A program made the position numbers and the translations under genes. Of a stretch of DNA of 32,000 bases, positions 26,422-32,000 are shown one piece after another (the first letter of the stretch is position 1; the number at the start of each line of letters is the position of its first letter). Source of the DNA: Paracoccus suum. GTDB lineage: Bacteria; Pseudomonadota; Alphaproteobacteria; Rhodobacterales; Rhodobacteraceae. The notes beneath the pieces were generated by a model. It saw nothing but the letters and a program-made list of their open reading frames with translations, searched no databases and was not told where the DNA came from. Location of the stretch: the NCBI RefSeq assembly GCF_003324675.1, contig NZ_CP030918.1:180001-212000 (forward strand), in the 5' to 3' direction.

Positions 26422-27429
26422 ATGAGCGCCGCAAACGAGAATATTTTACCTGCAACCTTCTGGGGCGGAAAAGTGCCCGGCCTGGCCCTTGCGGGCGCCA
26501 TCGCCGCCGCTGCGCTGACCTTGCGCAGCATGACCGGCATCGGCGCGCTCAGTCCGATGCTGGTCGCGGTTTTCGTCGGCATCGCCATCCGGCTGCTGGT
26601 CGCACCGGGCGAGCAGTTCACGCCCGGCCTGCGCTTTGCGACCCGCCCGGTCCTGCGGTTGGGGATCATCCTGCTTGGGGCCCAGGTGACGCTCACCGCG
26701 ATCATCAGTCTTGGCCTCGCGCCGCTGCTCGTCGCCGGCCTGACCCTCGCCGCGACCTATACGGCGGTCGTCGGCGTCGGCCGCCTGATCGGCGTGCCGT
26801 TGCCGCTGTCACAGCTGATCGCTGCAGGCACCTCGGTCTGTGGCGCCTCGGCCATTGTCGCCGCGAACGCCGTCGCGCGCGGCGAGGAAGAGGACGTGGG
26901 CTACGCCGTCGCCTGCGTGACCCTGTTCGGCACCATCGCCATGCTGGCCCTGCCGCTGCTGGCCCCGGTGCTGGGGCTTTCGACGCCGCAATTCGGCGTC
27001 TGGACCGGCGCCAGCATCCACGAGGTCGCCCAGGTCACCGCAGCCGCCTTCCAGCGCGGGGTGGAATCCGGGCAGGTCGGGACACTGACCAAGCTGATCC
27101 GCGTCATGCTGCTGGCGCCGTTGATAATCACCATGACCGCCTTTGCCCGCACCGGCCGCCGCACCGCTGCGCAGGCACCGTTTCCGTGGTTCGTGATCTG
27201 GTTCCTGGTCCTTGTCGGGATCAACAGCACCGGCATCGTGCCCGATTGGACGCGCCCTCACCTGTCGCTCGCCTCGGCCTTCTGCATGGTCACCGGCCTT
27301 GCGGCGATGGGCCTCGGCATGGACCTGCGCCAGCTGCGCAACCGCGGCCTGAAGCCGCTGATGCTGGGACTGTTCGGTCTGGGCTTCGTCACGACGGTCT
27401 CGCTGCTGCTCGTAAAGACCGTCATGTAG
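26422..27429 (+). CDS. yeiH: YeiH-family (UPF0324, putative sulfate exporter family) inner-membrane protein
   Basis: Highly hydrophobic with roughly 10 TM segments. Blocks LIAAGTSVCGASAIVA and WTGASIHEVAQV are typical of the family. ATG 26422 has AAAGGA 8-9 nt upstream; the alternative ATG at 26398 (the track start) has no SD. Confidence 0.85.
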   Translation: MSAANENILPATFWGGKVPGLALAGAIAAAALTLRSMTGIGALSPMLVAVFVGIAIRLLVAPGEQFTPGLRFATRPVLRLGIILLGAQVTLTAIISLGLAPLLVAGLTLAATYTAVVGVGRLIGVPLPLSQLIAAGTSVCGASAIVAANAVARGEEEDVGYAVACVTLFGTIAMLALPLLAPVLGLSTPQFGVWTGASIHEVAQVTAAAFQRGVESGQVGTLTKLIRVMLLAPLIITMTAFARTGRRTAAQAPFPWFVIWFLVLVGINSTGIVPDWTRPHLSLASAFCMVTGLAAMGLGMDLRQLRNRGLKPLMLGLFGLGFVTTVSLLLVKTVM

Positions 27430-27458
27430 AGGTCGGGCGACCGTTCCCTGCGCTCCCC

Positions 27459-27489
27459 GCGCCCGGCCGAGACCGGGCGCATTTGCGTT
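27459..27489 (+). terminator. Candidate intrinsic terminator after the YeiH-family gene
   Basis: GCGCCCGG (27459-27466) / CCGGGCGC (27473-27480) form a perfect 8-bp stem with a 6-nt loop, followed by ATTTGCGTT, a weak T-tract. Confidence 0.45.
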
Positions 27490-27524
27490 AATCTGCCGGC
27501 ATCCGGTCCGCCATCGCGCGACGC

Positions 27525-27553
27525 TTGCACCCCTGCCGCACGCGACATATATC
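27525..27553 (+). promoter_or_regulatory. Candidate promoter of tRNA-Gly
   Basis: -35 TTGCAC (27525-27530), 17-nt spacer, -10 TATATC (27548-27553), ending 9 nt before the mature tRNA 5' end. Confidence 0.35.
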
Positions 27554-27562
27554 CCGGGCGAC

Positions 27563-27636
27563 GCGGGCGTTGTGTAATGGTAAGACCCTTGCCTTCCAAG
27601 CAAGAGACGCGGGTTCGATTCCCGCCGCCCGCTCCA
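27563..27636 (+). tRNA. tRNA-Gly (anticodon UCC), CCA end encoded
   Basis: Manual cloverleaf. Acceptor stem GCGGGCG/CGCCCGC. Anticodon stem CTTGC/GCAAG with loop CTTCCAA (anticodon TCC). 4-nt variable loop. T arm GCGGG-TTCGATT-CCCGC. Discriminator T plus CCA. The D stem has one G-G mismatch. 74 nt. Confidence 0.9.
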
Positions 27637-27705
27637 TTCCCCCTTGGCGCCGTGATGGCCGCGGGCCGCCCTTTATGCCCGGCAACTCTGCCGCCTGGAG
27701 GCGAG

Positions 27706-27789
27706 ATGTCCCCCACCACAAAAAGCCGCCTGTCCTTTGTCCTGCTTGTCGGGCTGACGCTTTACGCCGCGCTGTTCGGGGCGGGCTGA
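27706..27789 (+). CDS. Candidate 27-aa single-TM mini-protein (MSPTTKSRLSFVLLVGLTLYAALFGAG)
   Basis: ATG 27706 with GGAGG at 27697-27701 (4-nt spacing). Its TGA stop at 27787-27789 lies 3 nt before the next gene's ATG. Basic N-terminus plus an 18-residue hydrophobic helix. The 70-aa track ORF (27577..) runs through the tRNA and is not credible at full length. Confidence 0.35.
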   Translation: MSPTTKSRLSFVLLVGLTLYAALFGAG

Positions 27790-27792
27790 GCC

Positions 27793-28788
27793 ATGGCGGT
27801 GCGGTTCGGGGGGCAATTCTCGCCCGGGGCGAAAGAGCCCGAGGAGGCATCGGTACCGCTGCGCGCGGCCCCAGGTCATCTGCGCCACCGGTTGGAATCG
27901 CGGACCGCATGGATCACGGCCGCAGCCTCGCCGCTGCTGATGACTGCGTTCTTTCAGGACCCCGCCGGCATGGCCGCCAATTTCGCCGGCTTTGGCATCA
28001 TCGCCGCCGGCATGATGCTGACCCGGGAAGGATTGCAGGCCGAGGCGGCCTATGATGCCCGCCGCGTCGCCCGTCGCCCGGCCTATCCGCGCAAGCTCTT
28101 CGGCGGTGTGTTGACCGGCCTCGGCCTTGCTATCGGCGCGGCCGAGCCGGGTGCGCTGGCCGGGGCCGGCATCATCGGCTTGGTCGGCGGCGCGCTGCAC
28201 TGGCTGTCCTTCGGCGGCGATCCGATGCGCGACAAGGGCATGTCCGATACCGACGCGTTCCAGCAGGACCGCATCGCCCGGATCATCGCCGAGGCCGAGG
28301 CCCACCTTGCCGCAATGCAGACCGCCGTGCAGCGCACCGGCGATCCCGCCATCGAGGACGAAGTCGCGCGTTTCGCCGCGACCGCCCGCGGCCTTTTCGG
28401 CCGGCTTGAGGACAACCCGACCGAGTTGGCCTCGGCCCGGCGCTATCTGGGCGTCTGGCTGCTGGGCGCGCGCGATGCGACGATCAAGTTCGCCGACATC
28501 TTTGCCCGCACCCGCGATTCCGCGTCCCGCGGCGCCTGGCAGGCTTTGATGGGCGATCTGACGACCGAATTCGCCGCACGCTCAGCCCGGATGATCGAGG
28601 GCGGCCGAACCGACATGTCTATCGAGATCAGCGTACTGCGCGAGCGTCTGGCGCGTGAGGGGCTGGCCGCCCCCTCGGGCGGAATCGATGCTGCTGCAGT
28701 GGCGCCTACGACGGCTCAGGTCGAGGATCAGCGCGCCGTCACCCTGGACGAATTGCTGCGCACCCCCGCCGACAAGGTCAGGCAGTGA
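27793..28788 (+). CDS. Membrane protein, 5-bromo-4-chloroindolyl phosphate hydrolysis (XpaC)-like family, function unknown
   Basis: 331 aa. About 4 hydrophobic segments in the first 150 aa, then a helical soluble domain with the block [25 protein letters not shown] that I associate with the XpaC/Halogen_Hydrol family. The family call is from memory only. Confidence 0.55.
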   Translation: MAVRFGGQFSPGAKEPEEASVPLRAAPGHLRHRLESRTAWITAAASPLLMTAFFQDPAGMAANFAGFGIIAAGMMLTREGLQAEAAYDARRVARRPAYPRKLFGGVLTGLGLAIGAAEPGALAGAGIIGLVGGALHWLSFGGDPMRDKGMSDTDAFQQDRIARIIAEAEAHLAAMQTAVQRTGDPAIEDEVARFAATARGLFGRLEDNPTELASARRYLGVWLLGARDATIKFADIFARTRDSASRGAWQALMGDLTTEFAARSARMIEGGRTDMSIEISVLRERLAREGLAAPSGGIDAAAVAPTTAQVEDQRAVTLDELLRTPADKVRQ

Positions 28789-28813
28789 GGCTGGCCGTCC
28801 CAGTGCGCCACTA

Positions 28814-29593
28814 ATGCCGCGCTACGCCCTCTTGATCGAATACGACGGTCGCCCGTTCGCCGGCTGGCAAGCGCAGCAAGGCCAGCCATCCGTGCAAGGC
28901 CGGATCGAAGCCGCGCTGGCCCGGATTGATCCGGGTTTCGCGGCCGGCGCACGGATCGCGGCGGCCGGGCGCACCGATGCCGGCGTTCATGCCAGCGGGC
29001 AGGTCGCCCATGCCGATCTGGCGCGGGAATGGGATCCGTTCCGCCTCGCCGCCGCCCTGAACGCCCATCTTCGTCCCGATCCGGTGGCGATCATCGCCGC
29101 CAGCTTGGTGACCGACGATTTCAACGCCCGTTTTTCCGCCATCGGCCGGCGCTACCTGTTCCGCATCCTGTCGCGGCGCGCGCCGCCGGTACTGGATGCG
29201 GGCCAGGTCTGGCACATCCGCCAGCCACTCGATCTGGCGGCGATGCGGGCTGGTGCGGCACATCTTATCGGGCGGCACGATTTCACCACCTTCCGATCGG
29301 CCATGTGCCAAGCGGCCTCGCCAGAAAAGACCCTGGACGAGATCGCGATCACCGCCGTGCCGCGCCCCTACGGGGTCGAGGTGCAACTGCGCCTCGCGGC
29401 TCGCAGCTTCTTGCACAACCAGGTGCGCAGCATCGTCGGCTCGCTTGAGCGGGTGGGCGTCGGGGCATGGCCACCGGACCGGATCGCCGAGGCGCTGGCG
29501 GCGCGCGACCGCGCGGCCTGCGGGCCGGTCTGTCCGCCCGGGGGACTGGCACTGACCGGCGTCGCCTACCCGGTCGATCCGTTTGCGGGCTAG
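28814..29593 (+). CDS. truA: tRNA pseudouridine(38-40) synthase TruA
   Basis: N-terminus [21 protein letters not shown], catalytic block [23 protein letters not shown], and [11 protein letters not shown]. The first 53 codons of the track ORF (28655..) are upstream shadow sequence. Confidence 0.92.
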   Translation: MPRYALLIEYDGRPFAGWQAQQGQPSVQGRIEAALARIDPGFAAGARIAAAGRTDAGVHASGQVAHADLAREWDPFRLAAALNAHLRPDPVAIIAASLVTDDFNARFSAIGRRYLFRILSRRAPPVLDAGQVWHIRQPLDLAAMRAGAAHLIGRHDFTTFRSAMCQAASPEKTLDEIAITAVPRPYGVEVQLRLAARSFLHNQVRSIVGSLERVGVGAWPPDRIAEALAARDRAACGPVCPPGGLALTGVAYPVDPFAG

Positions 29594-30396
29594 GCCCTCC
29601 GCCGCGCCCTGGCGCGGGCCAGCCCGCGGCGCTTGCGGGTGCCGACATCAGCGTTGGTCAGCACGGTCATGACCGTCTGCCAGATGATCCACAGGTCGAG
29701 CCGCAGGCTGTGACGCTGCTGATAGAGGGTGTCGATCCTGAACTTCATAGGCAGACAGCGGCGGTAATAGGCCGCCTCGGTCGCCTCGGCGGTCTCGCAG
29801 GCAGCCATGATGCGGTCTTCGTACCGGTGATAAATCAGCGTGGCGAGGCCGGTGACGCCCGGGCGCGATTGCAGCGTGCGAGCATAGCACAGCGGGAAGC
29901 GGTCTACATATTCGCGCAGAGGCGGGCGCGGTCCGACAAAGCTCATGTCGCCGCGCAGGATGTTGAACAGTTGCGGCAGTTCGTCGATGCGGGTGCGGCG
30001 CAGAACGCGGCCGATGCGGGTGATGCGCCAGTTCTTGTGCGCACCCGATGCGCCGCTGTCCGCAGAATCACACGCCATTGTGCGGAACTTCCACTGCGTG
30101 AATTCCTCGGTCGGGCTTTTCATGCGCGGCGCGGCATAAAGGATCGGGCGCCCTTGCCGGATGGCGAGCAAAACCGCTACCGCAAGCATAAGCACCGAAA
30201 GCGGGATCAGGAGCAGCAGGGCAAAAACGATGTCAAACAAGCGCTTGGCCCAGTCCACGCGCGAGGCGATGGCATGGGGCCGAAGGGCGAGGCTGTCGGC
30301 TGCACGCGGCGCGGCGCCGGGCCATGACCAGTCCACGGCCTTGACGGTCGCAGCCTTGCCCCGATCGGAACCGTGCCAATCATGCTGGATGGTCAA
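29590..30396 (-). CDS. Bacterial sugar transferase (small phosphoglycosyl transferase, WbaP/ExoY C-terminal-domain type)
   Basis: Blocks [16 protein letters not shown] (membrane re-entrant helix), [46 protein letters not shown]. Confidence 0.85.
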   Translation of the reverse strand: MTIQHDWHGSDRGKAATVKAVDWSWPGAAPRAADSLALRPHAIASRVDWAKRLFDIVFALLLLIPLSVLMLAVAVLLAIRQGRPILYAAPRMKSPTEEFTQWKFRTMACDSADSGASGAHKNWRITRIGRVLRRTRIDELPQLFNILRGDMSFVGPRPPLREYVDRFPLCYARTLQSRPGVTGLATLIYHRYEDRIMAACETAEATEAAYYRRCLPMKFRIDTLYQQRHSLRLDLWIIWQTVMTVLTNADVGTRKRRGLARARARRRA

Positions 30397-30606
30397 CCGG
30401 TCCCCCGACGCTGCGCGATTTCAGCTATTTGAATACCACTTTGGCGGAACAAAGAAAACCAGCGCTCGCGCAGCTGTGTCCGCGGGTGGGCCCATTCGGT
30501 CACATCGGCTTGGCCATCGGCACGCCCTTTACACCGATGCAGGGAATGACGTCAGGCGCGGTATCGCAGGCGAATGCTCCAAAACCTCGCCCGCCCCGCC
30601 CTCGCC

Positions 30607-30637
30607 TTGACCTGCAGCGCCGGTGGACACATATCAT
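30607..30637 (+). promoter_or_regulatory. Candidate promoter of the nifU-like gene
   Basis: -35 TTGACC (30607-30612). -10 is either ATATCA or TATCAT (30631-30637) at 18-19 nt spacing. About 25 nt upstream of ATG 30662. Confidence 0.3.
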
Positions 30638-30661
30638 CGTCAACATGAAAGGCGGCCCGCG

Positions 30662-31222
30662 ATGTTCATTCAAACCGAAACCACCCCCAACCCGGCGACG
30701 TTGAAGTTTCTGCCCGGTCAGCCGGTGCTGGTCGATGGCACGGCGGATTACCCCACGCCCCAGGTGGCGGAAAACTCGCCCCTCGCGATGCGCATCTACC
30801 GGGTCCCCGGGGTTAGCGGCGTGTTCCTCGGCTCGGACTTCGTCACCGTGACCAAGGAAGATGCGGCCCCTTGGGACCACATCAAGCCGGGCGTTCTGGG
30901 CGCCATCATGGAGCATTACCAGTCCGGCGAGCCCGCGGTCGTCACCCTGGGCGACGAGGCGGTCGCCAATGTCTCGCATGATCCGGAGGACGACCAGATC
31001 GTCGTCCAGATCAAGGAACTGCTCGATACCCGCGTCCGCCCCGCCGTGGCGCAGGATGGCGGTGACATCACCTTTCACGGGTTTGACCGCGGCATCGTCT
31101 ACCTGCACATGAAGGGCGCCTGCTCGGGCTGCCCGTCCTCGACGCTGACGTTGAAAATGGGGATCGAGAACCTGCTGCGGCACTACATCCCCGAGGTGCT
31201 CGAGGTGCGGCCGGTTGCCTGA
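30662..31222 (+). CDS. NifU-family Fe-S cluster assembly/delivery protein (Nfu N-terminal domain + NifU C-terminal domain)
   Basis: MFIQTETTPNPATLKFLPG N-terminus, and a C-terminal domain with RPAVAQDGGDITF and the CxxC motif GACSGCPSS. Confidence 0.9.
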   Translation: MFIQTETTPNPATLKFLPGQPVLVDGTADYPTPQVAENSPLAMRIYRVPGVSGVFLGSDFVTVTKEDAAPWDHIKPGVLGAIMEHYQSGEPAVVTLGDEAVANVSHDPEDDQIVVQIKELLDTRVRPAVAQDGGDITFHGFDRGIVYLHMKGACSGCPSSTLTLKMGIENLLRHYIPEVLEVRPVA

Positions 31223-31907
31223 CCCGATCTGCCTTGGCTTTGATACATCGGCCGCGCATTGCGCGGCCGCTTTGCTGTCCGGCGAGCGTGTGCTGTCAGT
31301 CCGGGCAGAGCCCATGGCCAAGGGTCAGGCCGAGGCGCTGATGCCGCTGCTCGAGGCGCTGCTGGCCGAAGCCCAGCTTGGCTGGGCGCAGCTTGACGTG
31401 ATCGGGGTCGGCATTGGCCCGGGCAGTTTTACCGGCACGCGCATTGCTGTGTCGGCGGCGCGCGGGCTGGCCCTGGGGCTGGGAATCCCGGCGATCGGGG
31501 TGAGCGGTCTCGAAGCACTGGCGGCGGGAGGCAACGTGAAGGACGACCCCGGGCCCGCAAACGGGCCGTCTGCCGGTGCCGACCTGTCCACGCCGGTTTC
31601 CCTCGATACAAATGGCCTTGTCCGAGTTATGCTGCCCCTGAGGACGGGCGAACGTGCCGTGCAGGACTTCCCCGCCAGCGGCGCCCCGGAACCGATGCGG
31701 ATCGAGCCGGGCAGTTGCACCCCGCCCAACCCCGAAACGCTGGCCGTAGGCATCGCCCGCGAGGCCCTTGCGCGACGGGTTGAGCCGGGACCCCGCCCAG
31801 CGCCGATCTACGTGCGCCCGGCCGATGCCGCGCCGTCGCGGGACCCTGGTCCGGTGATCCTGCCGGGTTTGGCCGCGCCTTCTCAGCCCACAGATGCCGC
31901 GCGCTGA
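31215..31907 (+). CDS. tsaB: tRNA N6-threonylcarbamoyladenosine (t6A) biosynthesis protein TsaB
   Basis: Blocks LGFDTSAAHCAAAL and GVGIGPGSFTGTRIAVSAARGLALGLGIPAIGVS. The only in-frame start near the conserved N-terminus is TTG 31215, which overlaps the nifU-like stop by 8 nt. Confidence 0.8.
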   Translation: MPDPICLGFDTSAAHCAAALLSGERVLSVRAEPMAKGQAEALMPLLEALLAEAQLGWAQLDVIGVGIGPGSFTGTRIAVSAARGLALGLGIPAIGVSGLEALAAGGNVKDDPGPANGPSAGADLSTPVSLDTNGLVRVMLPLRTGERAVQDFPASGAPEPMRIEPGSCTPPNPETLAVGIAREALARRVEPGPRPAPIYVRPADAAPSRDPGPVILPGLAAPSQPTDAAR

Positions 31908-31925
31908 TGTGAGCGGCAGGGGCCG

Positions 31926-32000
31926 ATGACGGAGGACCGCAGCCTTTCCCAAATGGTGCTCACCGGGGATGACCTTGATCCCCAGCAACTCGCGCTGCTG
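31926..32000 (+). CDS. 5' end of a CDS running out of the window; possibly the RimI-type N-acetyltransferase that commonly follows tsaB
   Basis: ATG 31926 lies 18 nt after the tsaB stop and the frame stays open to the window end (MTEDRSLSQMVLTGDDLDPQQLALL...). Identity is guessed from synteny only. Confidence 0.3.
   Translation, partial: MTEDRSLSQMVLTGDDLDPQQLALL

Noticed and set aside
27563-28813. tRNA-Gly as the attachment site of an integrated genomic island.
   Set aside because: No integrase, excisionase or phage/IS gene follows it. I found no second copy of the tRNA 3' end (TTCGATTCCCGCCGCCCGC) in the window. The flanking genes are housekeeping genes with the same codon style.
30397-30606. 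A possible riboswitch or sRNA in the 265-bp divergent region upstream of the nifU-like gene.
   Set aside because: I could find only a weak 6-bp CATCGG/CCGATG stem and no recognisable riboswitch core. The size is normal for a divergent promoter region.

Overview
High-GC, densely coding chromosomal window of alphaproteobacterial (Rhodobacterales-like) character. This is judged only by eye from codon style and from the truA / nifU-tsaB gene order. I saw no transposase, integrase, phage gene, CRISPR array or rRNA. Layout: (1) bases 2-9824 on the + strand hold a nine-gene operon with overlapping or abutting start/stop codons: DUF4438-like fragment, Ldh_2 oxidoreductase, M24 peptidase, COG1228-type amidohydrolase, class-I aminotransferase, a 482-aa protein of unknown function, a dihydroorotase/hydantoinase-like amidohydrolase, and two peptide-type ABC ATPases. 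(2) Bases 9907-14682 on the - strand hold an RND efflux pair (AcrB-like pump plus an adaptor with a roughly 155-aa Ala/Pro/Gly/Thr-rich tail), with no outer-membrane factor or regulator nearby. (3) Bases 15007-24452 on the - strand hold a nine-gene operon: Asp/Glu-type racemase, two tandem D-cysteine-desulfhydrase-family paralogs, a gsiABCD-style peptide importer (fused double ATPase, binding protein, two permeases), and a MalY/PatB C-S lyase. A LysR gene is transcribed divergently from it. (4) A second LysR gene converges on the first and overlaps it by 47 bp. It is divergent from a YeiH-family transporter (yeiE-yeiH arrangement). (5) The housekeeping end carries tRNA-Gly(UCC), a 27-codon membrane mini-ORF, an XpaC-like membrane protein, truA, a lone phosphoglycosyl-type sugar transferase, nifU-like, tsaB, and the start of a further gene. 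The most interesting candidates for undescribed biology are the two peptide/amino-acid catabolic operons, especially the 482-aa unknown protein and the racemase plus double-desulfhydrase plus C-S-lyase module. All functional calls come from motif recognition by eye; no database search was possible.
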